This document shows positions 11,271 to 22,589 of a DNA stretch of 64,000 nt, piece by piece. Each line of letters opens with the position of its first letter. The stretch's first letter is position 1. The stretch covers positions 576,001 through 640,000 of the forward strand of contig JBMNJG010000007.1 of assembly GCA_050951545.1 (NCBI GenBank). Reading direction: 5' to 3'. Origin of the DNA: Limnochordia bacterium. Its GTDB lineage: Bacteria > Bacillota > Limnochordia > DTU080. Both the position numbers and the translations under genes were made by a program. The notes under the pieces were generated by a model, which made no database searches, had not been told where the DNA came from, and saw only the letters and a list, made by a program, of their open reading frames with translations.

Positions 11271-11363
11271 TCACAGTAAAGTGGGCCGCCAATTCCGCGC
11301 GCTCTTCAAAGGTAGGCCACTGCTTTTTGTCCACCACATTCCGACCCTTTCAACGTTGGGCCA

Positions 11364-11405
11364 TGGATTCTGATGGACAACTCTTCGAGTTGCCCACAGA
11401 CTCCA
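11364..11405. repeat. Imperfect palindrome (TGGATTCTG..GGACAACTC ttc GAGTTGCCC..CAGACTCCA)
   Basis: Directly visible inverted repeat of about 42 nt between IS remnants. Confidence 0.6.
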
Positions 11406-11471
11406 CAGCCCCGACAAAAAGCCATCCATCGATTTGTTTATTAGTCAGTCGATGTGCAGAGCCAAACCGCA

Positions 11472-12925
11472 CGGTACGTGTCAAGCCCTGTGAGACACCT
11501 ACATACAAATTTTACTGAACTGACGAGGTCACATCATCTCCTTGGGGCGGGTTGATCCACACGGCCGTTGGAACTGCAGCGGATCGGGGGGCGGCCCCCA
11601 CGAAACGCTCCGGATGTGCCGCATAGGCGGCGTCAAGGATCTGCTGCCTTCGGGCCAACACCTCATCGGCACGGCCGTAGTGTAGCGTTTCCGGGGTGAG
11701 AAGGCCAATTCCGGAGTGCCGATGACGCTTGTTGTACCAGTCGAAGAAGTGCTGGCAGAAGGCTCGGGCGTCCTGAATCGAACCGAAACGTTTGGGGAAA
11801 TCAGGCCGATACTTCAGCGTCTTGAACTGGGCCTCTGAGAACGGATTGTCGTTGCTGGTATGGGGTCTGCTGTGCGTTTTCGTGATGCCCAGGTCCGCCA
11901 GCAGGAAGGCAACAGCCTTGGAGGTCATCGCTGACCCACGATCGGCGTGTACTGTAAGTTGGCCAGGCGAAACCCCCTGTTTGTCCACGGTGAAGGCAAT
12001 AAAGCGTTCGGCAAGAGCTGCGCTTTCACGTTCGGCTATCATCCAACCGACGACGTAGCGGCTGAAGATGTCCATGATGACATAGAGATAGTAGTACGTG
12101 CATTTGGCTGGTCCAAGCAGTTTGGTGATGTCCCAGGACCACACCTGGTTTGGGCCTGTGGCAAGCAGCTCGGGCTTTTGGTAGTTGGGATGGCGCAGTT
12201 GGTCACGGCGCTCTCGCACCTCGCCGTGTTCCTACAGGATGCGGTACATGGTCCTGATGGAGCAGAGGTAGATCCCGTCCTCGTCGAGTAGCGTGGCGTA
12301 GACGCTAGCAGGGGCTTGATCGACAAAACGCTCTGAGCGAAGCACTTTGAGCACCTCTTCCCTTTCGTCATCACTTAACGCCCGGGCCGGCTTGGCCCTT
12401 ACCGCATCGCCTGTCTGCTGCCTGGGATTGCGCTTCCGGTACACGGTCGCCCGGGGGACACCTAGCACACGGCACGCCTCCGCTGTGCCGACAAGGCCTG
12501 AAAGCTCCTCTACACCCTCGATCAGCTGCTCCCGCCACTGGAGGAGCCCTGAGTCGGAAAGCCAAGCAGATCTGAGATTTTTTTTGCACCTCGATGACCG
12601 TTTCGGCTTTCTCTAGCCTCGCCTTTAGCTGCTCCACCTCACGCTCTAGTTCAGCAATCCGGCGTGCCTTGGCCCGATCGGCGTCTTGCTTTGGGCCCCG
12701 TTTCTGCGTGGCTAGTCCCGCTAGAGAACCCTTTTCCCTCTGCTGCCGCCAATAGGTCAGATGTGAGGCATACAGTCCTTCGCGGCGCAGCAAAGCGCCC
12801 CTTTCCTGGGCCGTACAAGCCTCCGCTTCCTTTAGGATTCGTAGCTTGTACTCCGCTGTGAAAGTCCGTCGCGTGGCCCGCGGCACCACCTCCGGGTTTG
12901 GTGGTACCTCTAGACCTCTGGCCAT
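11472..12925 (-). mobile_element. IS3-family element (orfA/orfB), inactivated
   Basis: orfA has RRTFTAEYKLRIL..GALLRREGLY. An A8 run lies near 12578-12585. orfB has WSWDITKL, HADRGS and NDNPFSEAQFKTLKY (DDE) but an in-frame TAG at 12232-12234. Right end TGTCTCAcagggCTTGACACGTACCG; no left end found. Confidence 0.85.
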
Positions 12926-12995
12926 GCCTTGTCCGTCACCCTTGTTAACGTCCGCCTTGCTGTTTCACCACGAAAGGCGAGATCGTTAGTGACGA

Positions 12996-13356
12996 GTGCA
13001 TAAAGGAGCTTCTCTTGGCTGCCATCAGCGGCGACGGCTACCCCTATGGCTATCGCAAGCTGACGAGCTGGTTAAAGAGAGAGCACGGGCTCAGAATCAA
13101 CAAGAAAAAAGTGTACAGACTCTGCAAAGAGCTAGGGATTTTGCAGACTCAACGTCGATTGCGGCCTCGCCTTGCGAAACGCAAGGTAGCCACGAACAGG
13201 GAAATCACAGGTATCAACCAGCTGTGGGAGACTGACATCAAGTATGGTTACATTGCCGAAGAACGTCGCTTCTTCTTCGTACAGACGGTGATAGATGTGT
13301 ACGATCGCATGGTGCTCGACTATCACATTGGGCTCAGTTGCACGGCCGAGGAAGCG
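12996..13356 (+). mobile_element. IS3-family orfB fragment from a second element
   Basis: YGYRKLT..INKKKVYRL..NQLWETDIKY..IDVYDR motifs. Breaks off at about 13356 into unrelated sequence. Confidence 0.8.
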
Positions 13357-14979
13357 CTCTCGGCCCCATTGCCGTGTCAGGCGGAGAGCGTATGGCTATA
13401 TGGGACCGTTTTGTTTCCGAGAGTTACCTTGGCCATATCGGCAAGAAAACAAGCGCCCGTGAGTTCGGTTATCTCAACTACGGTGATTGGTTTGGTGAAC
13501 GAGGACGCAACTGGGGCAATAACGAGTACGATCTGGCCCATGGCTTTTTTATGGAGTTTGTCCGGACCGGTGATCGTCGCTACTACCGCCTTGCGTTGGC
13601 GGCGGCCCGTCACCAAGCGGATGTCGACATCATTCATGCCTATCCCGATCCGACTTATGTTGGTGCAAATGCCGAGCACTCTGTCGGACATACAGGTGCC
13701 TGGTCTCAGCATCTTCCGCATGCGACTTGGAGCAAAGCTTTCGACGCGAGTTTTTAGGCCTCAAACGGTCACACTTGGGCAGATGGAATGATGGACGCTT
13801 GGTCTCTTGCAGGGGACGCACGGGTGATGGAAGCCGCGCTGGCTCTCGGCGAGCATATCGCATGGTCTATGGTCCCGGGTTTAAGGCTCTCGGCACGCAC
13901 GAGCGTTCAGCTGGTTGGTCCCTCAAGGCGCTCACGGAACTGTTTCGTGCCACGTACGATCGGTTTACATGGAAGCCGCTCGGCACATCGCCTCCGTGGT
14001 CCCAAAAGAGCAGGATTTGGAGGGAAGTGGGGCATGGCCGCATCCTCTTCCAACAGACCACAGTGGTACTCGCCCCGGAACGGTTGGCAACAACCTATTT
14101 CTGATGGGTGTCTTACTCAGCGGTATGCAGGCTTATCATGCGGAGACGGATGATCTCGAGGTGTTTAGGTCGCTCGAAGCCGGAGTGGAATGGGTAGTCA
14201 AGTCATGGGATCCGCAGCGAAAAGGGTGGCCGTACTCCGCCGCGGTGGAAGGCGAACCATTGTATGTGGCAAACCCAGGGCTGAACACCCTAGTGGTGCC
14301 CGCGATAGCGTATGTAGGATCAATTCGCAACGACGACCGTTTACTGGAAACAGCGGATGCGGCAATGGATGCGCACGTGCGGGCGGGGGCCAGGGGCGAC
14401 GGCAAATTGATTGCCCAGAGCTTGCATTTTTCATCCGAAATCCTCGCCCGTTTGTCGGACTGGAAGATTCCCGTGTGGATTCACTTTGCGGGTGAGGTGC
14501 GCGAAAACGCGCTGCTTCGGGGGCAAGTGGCGCTGGGGATCAGCGTACTCACCGAGGCCCCGGACGACTTTGTGGAGATCGGGGTTACGCTTGACGGCGA
14601 GGGGATCTTGACGAGCACTCGCCTTGACGCTGTGGAGACCTATGTACTGGATACTCTGGCCCGTGCCACGCTGAGCAATGAGTACTTGGTCTGGTCGACG
14701 CCGCTGCTGCAAGAGTGTGAGGTCACCTTGTATGCTCAGCCCATGGAGCTTACGGGCGGGGTGGTTCTCGCGGTCTCTGAGGATGGTATACACTGGCAGG
14801 ATGTGCCCTACGAGACGCAGGTGGTGGGCACCTCGCCAGAGGGCTGGCAGCAGGTGTGCCTGTGCTACACCTCCTCGGCGGATGTCGCTACGCATTGGTT
14901 ACGGTTGACTCTCACAGAGGCGCTATCGCCTGAGGTACAACTGGGCGAGGTGGCAATGAAAGGTCTGCGGGTGGAGTAG
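13357..14979 (+). pseudogene. Frameshifted C-terminal part of a YetA/PcRGLX-like (exo-rhamnogalacturonan lyase-like) protein, chimeric at its 3' end
   Basis: FGYLNYGDWF..WGNNEYD..ARHQADVD motif. The reading frame jumps across ORFs 13338, 13788, 13727 and 13915. Confidence 0.6.
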
Positions 14980-15074
14980 ACGAGGAGCGAGGGGGTAGGA
15001 TGGACCGCCGGGCGATTCGACTTGCGCTTTGACAGGCAGTGAGTACTGCGTTTATTGGTAGCATCTGGCAGCGA

Positions 15075-15111
15075 AGAGCAGGCCGTCGCGGTATGTGCGG
15101 CGGCCTGCTCT
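15075..15111. terminator. GC-rich hairpin between convergent genes
   Basis: AGAGCAGGCCGTCGC..GCGGCGGCCTGCTCT. Confidence 0.55.
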
Positions 15112-15134
15112 GCTATGGGGCGAGATGCATTCGA

Positions 15135-18100
15135 TTACTGTTCACGGTGGGCAGTCAGGAGGTTATCTACCAGCATGGCCGCGTTGCTGGGATTGAGGTG
15201 TCCAAACATCTCATGTCCGCCAGCATAGCCAAAGTTGGAGCTGGTGAGCACCAGTGTGCCCTGACCGATCCTTATCTGCATCAAATAAGGGAAGAGCCTG
15301 TCATCTGCCATGCGCATCCTGGCCATCACTGTCCAGGCGTCTGAAAGTGGCTTGTAGCCAGTTCCAGGAGTGGTCTTCTTCTGAATAACGGCTTCTAGGG
15401 CATGGGGCTTGCGCAGCCAATCGCCGTGTTCGTACCAGGCAGTGACCCGGTTTGGATGATAGTCCCAACCGCTCCATTGTACGCCTGCTTCTTCACCAAA
15501 CCACTTGTCCAACGGAAGTGCGCCAGTGGCCGCGATCAGAAGCAGGCCGCCCTCTTCAACGAACGGACGCAATTTGTTGGCCACGAATTCATCAGACAGG
15601 CGAGCATTGCTGAGATGACGCAGTACGATCACGTCTGCTCCCTTGGCCAAAGCTGAACTCAGCTCGGCCTCGCCTTGGAGTATGTGAGTGGTGCTGAACC
15701 CCGCCTTGACGAGTTCTGCGTAGAGAGTGTTGGCTCGCTGCGGGTCGCCCTTGCCGCTCGCATCGTACAGCAAAAGACGCTTCTGCTGAGGCACTGTCTC
15801 GACAAGCCTCACGTCGGCGAAAGTGGCGGGGTTGTGAAAGGCGGCATCGGGCCAGCCTGTGTTGGGGCGGCCCGTTCCCGAACGCTTAAAGGACATCCTC
15901 CATGTCGTAGGCTTGATCATCGCTGAATACGGCGGGAAGCGCCAGATACCTGTCGCAGAAGGTGTCGGCTTGATGCCAAAGGAGGCCAATGGCAGCGCTA
16001 CATCGGCGATCCAACTGGTTTTCCCGATGCGTGTCTGGGCGAGCCATTCTGCAGACCAGGCTTCATCGATCGTTAGCGTGGCGTCAGCGCGCGCCTCGTA
16101 GCGCGCTCCGTTAGCATTGATTGCGAGATGAAAGTAAGCGGCGGGTTCGGATGGATCCTCTAAGAAGAGTTCGATGGCGTCGTCCAAGAGACTATCCATC
16201 TTGAGCTGCTCTGTCTGCGCGTAGCTAATAAAACGCAGATAAAGCGCCTCTTCGTCCCAAAGAGCCAGCACATGCGTCCTGTCGAGGGCCTCTGCGCCCT
16301 GGCTGTCTTCGAAAGCGGGGAGCCGAGCAGCGTTTTTCCAGGCCGGATCATCGATGGTCGCGTTGAGGCGTGGTCTGGCCGCAGCTCGAGGAATGTGAGC
16401 CTCATAGTGAGCGGTTCGTCCTTGCTGCGTCAGATACGTTTGGTGCCACTTGCTGAGCATGGCTGCTTCGAGGTTGATCTGTTCTTGGATGCGCTTATGC
16501 GTGATTTCATCGGTGACCGTCACCAGCGCCCGCCGGGCCTCCTGGAGACAGGCATCGGCTGTCTGAAGGAGCTCTCGTGACAGGAAGCTGCCAGAGAAAC
16601 CGGAGGCCGGATTGTGCACATAGGAGATGGGCTGGGTCGTGCTGCGCCAGGCGCGGTCCATGGCCTCGTAGTACAGACGCATCGGCTCGTCTGCTGGACC
16701 GAAGACGTAGGTGGCCCAGTCGCACATGACGTCTTCCGGACGAGTTCGTGCATCCCACATTGCTTGTGCCGCGGCGTAGAGCGCCATGCGGTTGGTCACC
16801 CAGTTGTCATCTTGGGGCGGGTGACTTGCGGGCGACCGATAGGGTGCTGTCTCAGAAGTCCAGCCTTTCAGGCCGTTTTGGTGGGCCCAGGCGATCTCAT
16901 CGACGATAACCGAAGTTTGGGGCACGAATAGCTTCTCGTTGAAGATGCAAAAGTGGTAGCCGCGTATTCCCATCGGTACTCCGAGTGCTTGCCAGCTCAA
17001 GATCTCTTCGCGAGCGGCAGCGTTCGACGGATCGGTCATGGGTTTGGTGTAGTTGATGTTGTAGGTGGCATAACCGACAAGATCAAAAGGAGCTGCCTCT
17101 GTGGGGACATTGCGGTAGGCCTGATAGCCCAGGGTCGAGTGTGTCCCACCGGGGTGTAGTTCGTTGACGCGGTCGATGACGATCTTCGAGAATCTCTGCC
17201 AGCGTGTGCTCACATCAGGCGCGAAAGCTTGGCATTCATCGCATTCACAGAAGTAGTTGTGGTCGGCTCCGTAGAAGCTCACGGTGTCGATATGTGGGTT
17301 GCTCTCCCACCAGCCAGCGATGGTCTGGGCCATGGCCTCTTGCACGGCAGGATTGGACCAGCACAGGTGCGGTGGATGCCCCGCTGGCTTCTGACGTTTG
17401 CCGCCATACAGAGCCATATACTCGGGGTGCTGATCCAAGATGCTCTGGGAAAGCACGGCATTGTGACCGGAGAGAGTCACCTGGAAGCCGCGCAGTTTCA
17501 TGGCGTCAACCTGCCAGGCTTTGGTCTCTAGGTCGTGCCACTTCATGTAGTGCACGTTCATGCGATTGCGCGCCATCCAAATGAGAGTGTCTTCGTCGTA
17601 GAAGGGGCTGTTGATGGCAATTGAGCGTACCTCAATGCTTGGTACATGACGTATGTCCGAGGCAGGGATGGCGATGCTCTCTTGTCGCGGAGAATACTCG
17701 CCGCTCTGTCCGGGCCAGAACCAGCGGACGCCGATGACCTCCTGCAGCAGGGTGTAGGTTGCATACAGTGCCGCCCGTGGCGTGGGTCCTGCTAGGTACA
17801 GCGTGGAGCCTTGCTGAGCGATGCAGATTTCCTCAGGGTGGCTGGTATCGAAGAGATCGGCAGCGGCTACCGCCGCAGAACTCTGCGGTGTGCCAATGAT
17901 CACACGGAAAGGCATGTCTGGACTGATCCGCTCTGTGATAGGTAATGTGGCGCCGCTGACGCGCTCAACAGCACGTTGCAGCTCTTCAGCGGCGTAGCGC
18001 TCAGTCGGCGAAGCCGCCCTCTCTACCACGATCTGGGCTTGCGGCTCGCCTTGCTTAACCAGCCACAAAAAAGCCTCATTCTCGCTGGTCTGCACAGCAG

Positions 18101-18164
18101 CCGTCGCTGGGCAAGGGAAGCAAGCGACAAGCGAGAGAAGCAGGAGTAATGCGCTTAGTGACAT
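15135..18164 (-). CDS. Secreted DUF4838-like glycoside-hydrolase-type protein with CBM9-like domain
   Basis: GH20/GH67-like N-terminus (ERYAAEELQ..SGATLPI; IGVRWFWPG). HPEYMAL..LCWSNPAV and FCECDEC motifs. CBM9-like LWDEEALYL..DAIELFL. AGGAGG RBS. Confidence 0.75.
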   Translation of the reverse strand: MSLSALLLLLSLVACFPCPATAAVQTSENEAFLWLVKQGEPQAQIVVERAASPTERYAAEELQRAVERVSGATLPITERISPDMPFRVIIGTPQSSAAVAAADLFDTSHPEEICIAQQGSTLYLAGPTPRAALYATYTLLQEVIGVRWFWPGQSGEYSPRQESIAIPASDIRHVPSIEVRSIAINSPFYDEDTLIWMARNRMNVHYMKWHDLETKAWQVDAMKLRGFQVTLSGHNAVLSQSILDQHPEYMALYGGKRQKPAGHPPHLCWSNPAVQEAMAQTIAGWWESNPHIDTVSFYGADHNYFCECDECQAFAPDVSTRWQRFSKIVIDRVNELHPGGTHSTLGYQAYRNVPTEAAPFDLVGYATYNINYTKPMTDPSNAAAREEILSWQALGVPMGIRGYHFCIFNEKLFVPQTSVIVDEIAWAHQNGLKGWTSETAPYRSPASHPPQDDNWVTNRMALYAAAQAMWDARTRPEDVMCDWATYVFGPADEPMRLYYEAMDRAWRSTTQPISYVHNPASGFSGSFLSRELLQTADACLQEARRALVTVTDEITHKRIQEQINLEAAMLSKWHQTYLTQQGRTAHYEAHIPRAAARPRLNATIDDPAWKNAARLPAFEDSQGAEALDRTHVLALWDEEALYLRFISYAQTEQLKMDSLLDDAIELFLEDPSEPAAYFHLAINANGARYEARADATLTIDEAWSAEWLAQTRIGKTSWIADVALPLASFGIKPTPSATGIWRFPPYSAMIKPTTWRMSFKRSGTGRPNTGWPDAAFHNPATFADVRLVETVPQQKRLLLYDASGKGDPQRANTLYAELVKAGFSTTHILQGEAELSSALAKGADVIVLRHLSNARLSDEFVANKLRPFVEEGGLLLIAATGALPLDKWFGEEAGVQWSGWDYHPNRVTAWYEHGDWLRKPHALEAVIQKKTTPGTGYKPLSDAWTVMARMRMADDRLFPYLMQIRIGQGTLVLTSSNFGYAGGHEMFGHLNPSNAAMLVDNLLTAHREQ

Positions 18165-18249
18165 GTAGTTCCCTCCTGAAAGCCTGTGAAAAGGGGATGC
18201 TGCTCGCTTGACCTGCAACATCCCCTGATTGGAGCTGCTTCGGTCTGAC

Positions 18250-19518
18250 TTACTTGCCTATCTCGGCTTTCCAGTCAGCGAGTAGGCGAGTCCATTGAGC
18301 ATGGGCCTGTTCGAGGGCTGCCAAGGGGGCCATTTCTACCTTGTAGACTCTTTCGATCAGCTGGCCCAGCTCGGTTTGGCTGGTGTTGCGTGGCGGCGGA
18401 AGGACAGAGGCTTGCATGAAGGGGAAGATGTCATACCATAGCTGGATGCGCGGCTGGGTGCTCATCATGCGCTGTAGCATGTCCGTGCGTCCGCAGAAGA
18501 ATCCGCCAACGCGCTGCGTCCCCAAGATCACCTCATCGCTCATCAGCAAGGCGATGAACTCCCAGGCGAGGTCCTTGTTTCGGCTAGCACTGGGGATGGC
18601 CAGACCGTCGGTAAACAGATGCGCTACTGGGGTGCTCGTCGGGGTCTGGCGTGGGGCGAAGAGGGCGAAATCATTGAGTAGGAAGTCTGGGTCAACTGCC
18701 AGCATAGAGACGATCTGCTGCGGATTGCTGTACTGCATGGCGATGCGACCGCGCTCGAAACCTCCAGCGAGAATGGGCCTGCTGTTGGCGCCCGCCTCAT
18801 AAAGCTCCTGCAATGTTTCCAGGGCCATGAGGGTCTTAGGATCCAGGAGATTCGAGGTGAAAGTCTTCGTGTCGATCTCGGTTAAGCCAGCTTGGCGCAT
18901 GAACCAGAAGAGCTGTTGGGCCGCACCGCCTCCGGTAGTGTTAACGAAGCCGCGCACGGCCACGTTGTCGCCCTCAAGCCGGGTCAGGCGCCGCGCGGAT
19001 TGGATGAGTGCAGACCAGTCTTGGGGTGGATTGTGCGGATCCAATCCTGATTGGGCGAAGAGCTCCTTGTTATATCCTATGGCTCGAGGGGCTACGTTTT
19101 GCGGGACTACTACTACTTGGCCTTGCCACGTGACGGCATTCCAGAGTGTCTTAGGGAAGCGAGGAGTATACTTCCATTGCGCCAGGTAGTGGTCTAAGGG
19201 CTCTAGCAGACCTAAGGATCCTTCTTCGTATGGGGAGTAGAAACCCGTGCATATGACATCGGGAGGAGTGCCCCCGGCGGTCAGCACCATGAAGCGTTCC
19301 ATGCGAGTGTTCCAGTTGGCATTGAGCAGGACGACGTCCGCACCGTGTTCCTGGCGGAAGACCGGGATGACCTCATCCTGAACGTACTTCCTAAGCGCGG
19401 CGGTGTATCCGACGGCGAGAAAGGTGATCTCCTTGGCTGACACAAGGGTGCTAGTGGCAAGGATCGCTATCAAAGCGAAGACCAGGCTGGCCATCAGGCG
19501 ACGACTTCTTATGTGCAT
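18250..19518 (-). CDS. ABC sugar-binding protein (family 1 SBP)
   Basis: Signal peptide; AGGTPPDV, YNKELF..GLDP..PP.DW and KDLAWEFI motifs. Confidence 0.9.
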   Translation of the reverse strand: MHIRSRRLMASLVFALIAILATSTLVSAKEITFLAVGYTAALRKYVQDEVIPVFRQEHGADVVLLNANWNTRMERFMVLTAGGTPPDVICTGFYSPYEEGSLGLLEPLDHYLAQWKYTPRFPKTLWNAVTWQGQVVVVPQNVAPRAIGYNKELFAQSGLDPHNPPQDWSALIQSARRLTRLEGDNVAVRGFVNTTGGGAAQQLFWFMRQAGLTEIDTKTFTSNLLDPKTLMALETLQELYEAGANSRPILAGGFERGRIAMQYSNPQQIVSMLAVDPDFLLNDFALFAPRQTPTSTPVAHLFTDGLAIPSASRNKDLAWEFIALLMSDEVILGTQRVGGFFCGRTDMLQRMMSTQPRIQLWYDIFPFMQASVLPPPRNTSQTELGQLIERVYKVEMAPLAALEQAHAQWTRLLADWKAEIGK

Positions 19519-19906
19519 TGTCTGAAACCCTCCGTTTTGCTTGTATTTCATCTGAGTGAGCGCATGGCCATGTGAGTAGCCAGTAACACCTCGCTACGGG
19601 ATTTCCAGGCTTCCCCTTCATCTCCTGCCCTGCTATTGGCGGTTGTTGATGTGACAGTGAGATGCTAAGGAGGGGGAAATCATCTGCATTGGGTATGCTT
19701 GGCTGGTTTTCTCGGCTCTGTTCGATTGGTGTGATGAGCCAGAGGAAGCGAGTGCTAACTCCCGGTGTCCTTATCGGGACTATCATTCTGCCAACGCAGC
19801 ATCTTTGGCGTTCCGGTGTTTTTGCCGGCACTATGAAGGACTTCGCAGTTTGTCTGGGAAACAAGGTGCTACGCTACCTGAAACTGACTACATGGAGGGG
19901 ATCAGA

Positions 19907-21187
19907 GTGCGGAGAGTCCATCTGGCTGCGTTCATTGCGATGCTCACGATGCTGTCGGTTACGTTCTCGACGCAGGCCAAGACGAATATCGGCTTCGTCA
20001 GCCAGTTTACAGACCAACAGGATGACCGGGGTGAGGTGTGGCGAGGACTCATACAGGAGTTTAACAAGAGCCAGAATGCGATTGAAGTTGAGATCCTTTC
20101 TTGGGGATCATCCAGCCCCGGGCCGCAAAGTGAGAAGATGCTCGCCTGGGTGGCCGGAGGCCAAGCCCCGGATGTCTTCGAGTTTCACGGAACGAATCAT
20201 GGACCTTGGGCTGTCCAAGGCATCATCGCGGACTTGACGCCTTTCTTGGACCGAGACTCTGATGTCAACCTGGCGGATTTCTACCCAGCGGTCATCAATG
20301 ACTACACTCGAAGCGGCAAGGGGCGCCTGCGTGCTCTTCCGCTTCAGATCCAGGTCTATGCGATCGAGTACAACCAGGCCCCCTTCGATGCCGCGGGGGT
20401 CGACGTACCTCCGAAGAAATGGGACGATCCCGCCTGGAATTGGGATACCTTTGTTGAGGTTGGCAAGAAACTGACGATCAGTCGTAGCGGGCAGGGGGAG
20501 CCCGATCAGCATGCCTTCCAGGGGCGTACTGATGTGACGGGGGGCTTGCTTACGTATGTGTGGCAGTCGGGTGGTGACGTTGTCGATACCCAAGGTAACT
20601 TCGCTCTGCACTCGCCCGAATCGATGAGGGCTTTGCAGTACGTCATCGATCTCAAGAACCGGCATGGTATCGCGCGGTCAGGCGGCTTTCCGCGGCAGTC
20701 CGCGATGCGCATCAGTACCCCCTCTGGATATCCCGTGCTGCAGGCTGCCTACCCTGATATCACTTGGGATCTGGCACCCCTACCTAGGGGACCCGTGCGT
20801 TCAGCAGGAATCCTGGGCTCAACACCGTTGGCGATGTTCTCTCAGACTAAGCATCCGCAGGCGGCCTGGGAGTTCTTTAAGTACCTTATGAGTCCTGAGT
20901 TCCTCAAGCAGATTGCTGTCAGGGGTGATCACGTGCCTGTACGCCGGAGCATTCTCCAATCACGGGCCTTCCGCGAAATCGCTGCTCCTGCCAGCTATTA
21001 CGTTGCTGCTGATGCAGTGGCCTATGCCTATCCAAGCGCTGATCGAGGTCCGAACTGGGGCCGGATAGCACCTATCATTCAGAGCGCATTCAACCAGGCA
21101 TGGAATGGTGATCTACCAGTTCAGACGGCCATCGAGGGCGTACGTAGCGCCGTGGAGGCTCTGCTTCGAGAGGGTTGGCAACAGTAG
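19907..21187 (+). CDS. ABC sugar-binding protein
   Basis: AGGQAPDV, DLTPFL, WDLAPLPRGP and KHPQAAWEFFKYL motifs. Confidence 0.9.
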   Translation: MRRVHLAAFIAMLTMLSVTFSTQAKTNIGFVSQFTDQQDDRGEVWRGLIQEFNKSQNAIEVEILSWGSSSPGPQSEKMLAWVAGGQAPDVFEFHGTNHGPWAVQGIIADLTPFLDRDSDVNLADFYPAVINDYTRSGKGRLRALPLQIQVYAIEYNQAPFDAAGVDVPPKKWDDPAWNWDTFVEVGKKLTISRSGQGEPDQHAFQGRTDVTGGLLTYVWQSGGDVVDTQGNFALHSPESMRALQYVIDLKNRHGIARSGGFPRQSAMRISTPSGYPVLQAAYPDITWDLAPLPRGPVRSAGILGSTPLAMFSQTKHPQAAWEFFKYLMSPEFLKQIAVRGDHVPVRRSILQSRAFREIAAPASYYVAADAVAYAYPSADRGPNWGRIAPIIQSAFNQAWNGDLPVQTAIEGVRSAVEALLREGWQQ

Positions 21188-21279
21188 CGGCCTTTCTCAG
21201 GAACACGGGTGGCGGAGTCATCTGGCTCCGCCGCACCTGAAGCGGCAAAAGCCTGGTGCGGGCAAAGGGGAGAGAGTAG

Positions 21280-22467
21280 ATGGGCGTGCAGTACTCCGTT
21301 GATATTCAGCAGTATGGAGCTGTCGCTGATGCAAAGACAGTCAATACCGGCGCTATTCAGAAGGCTATTGATGCGTGTCATGCGGCAGGTGGAGGCAGGG
21401 TGTTGTGCGGGCCCGGGACCTTCATCACGGGTTCCTTGGTTTTGAGGAGCCATGTGGAGCTGCACTTGATGGCAGGCTGTCGGCTTGTGGGAAGTAGCTC
21501 TGTGGACGACTACGATGATCTGGTTGCCGCTGGTTTCAGGTCGGAAAGGGCACCGGAACGCACCTCGAAGAGTCTCGTCCGAGCGGTGAACGCCGAGCAT
21601 GTCGCCATCACTGGCCTGGGTGAGATCAATGGCTCTGGGCTGGCCTTTTTCAACACCGAAGACATGGGCGGGCGGTTCTTTCGCAAGCCGAGCATAGCCC
21701 GGCCACGAACGGTGATGTTCTACCAGTGTCGTGATGTGCGCCTCGCAGGTATATCGCTGATTGACTCGCCGTGCTGGACCGTGTGGTTGATGAAATGTGA
21801 GAGAGTAAGTATCCACGGGATGCGTGTTTTCGGCGATCAGAGAATGATCAACAATGACGGCATCAACCTTGATGCGTGCCGTGACGTAGTGGTGAGCGAC
21901 TGCATTATACGCACTGCGGATGACTGTATTGCGCTGCGGGCGATCAGCGGGGTCTACGACACGCCAGCGGTGTGTGAGAACGTGACCATCAGCAACTGTA
22001 CTCTTGATAGCTGGTGCTCCGGTATTCGAGTGGGCTGTCCCGGTGATGGTGTGATTCGTGCATGCACATTCAGCAACATCGTGATCAAGAGCGCCAGTAA
22101 CGGGATCGTGATCGATAACCTCAAGCGTTACCTGCCTGCAGACAGTGAGGGAAGTGCCGATATCCATGATCTAGTGTTCTCTCAGGTCATCATCGATTGT
22201 GACGCCATTCCTCTAAGGGTGAGCGCTGAGGAGGGGGTCAGATTGCCTCGGTTAGGTGATCTGAGTTTCTCGGATTTTCGTATCAGGAGCGGCGGCCCGT
22301 GTCTTGTCGAAGGGAATCCGCAGACCATCATCCGCAACGTAAGCTTTGATCATATGCATATCTGCACGTCCGGCAAAGATGCATTCGTCTGCCGCTACTG
22401 TGAAGGTGTTCGATTCTCGGAGGTCTGCATGTCCAACCGGAGTTCTATGCAGACTGCAGTTACATAG
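21280..22467 (+). CDS. Glycoside hydrolase family 28-like beta-helix protein
   Basis: YGAVAD..NTGAIQKAIDAC, NNDGIN and DDCIALR motifs. Confidence 0.85.
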   Translation: MGVQYSVDIQQYGAVADAKTVNTGAIQKAIDACHAAGGGRVLCGPGTFITGSLVLRSHVELHLMAGCRLVGSSSVDDYDDLVAAGFRSERAPERTSKSLVRAVNAEHVAITGLGEINGSGLAFFNTEDMGGRFFRKPSIARPRTVMFYQCRDVRLAGISLIDSPCWTVWLMKCERVSIHGMRVFGDQRMINNDGINLDACRDVVVSDCIIRTADDCIALRAISGVYDTPAVCENVTISNCTLDSWCSGIRVGCPGDGVIRACTFSNIVIKSASNGIVIDNLKRYLPADSEGSADIHDLVFSQVIIDCDAIPLRVSAEEGVRLPRLGDLSFSDFRIRSGGPCLVEGNPQTIIRNVSFDHMHICTSGKDAFVCRYCEGVRFSEVCMSNRSSMQTAVT

Positions 22468-22589
22468 AATGGTAAGTCTTCGCAACAGGGAGGGGGTATA
22501 CGGTGAGCCGGCTGAGTTACCGTTGCTGTCTGCGCACGCTCACGGTGCTTTGCGTTCTGGTCTCCTTTGGATCCTCTGTGATGTCTACA

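Noticed and set aside
296-12234. In-frame TAG codons in two genes (296-298, 12232-12234) suggesting stop-codon recoding
   Set aside because: Many intact genes end in TAG (e.g. 10160, 21187, 30001, 51212). Both cases are one substitution from TGG or CAG in already damaged genes.
13015-13791. Novel transposase fusion protein
   Set aside because: After about 13356 the frame is out-of-frame read-through of a broken lyase-like gene.
21121-22167. 348-aa antisense ORF
   Set aside because: Shadow of the GH28 gene; no motifs or RBS.
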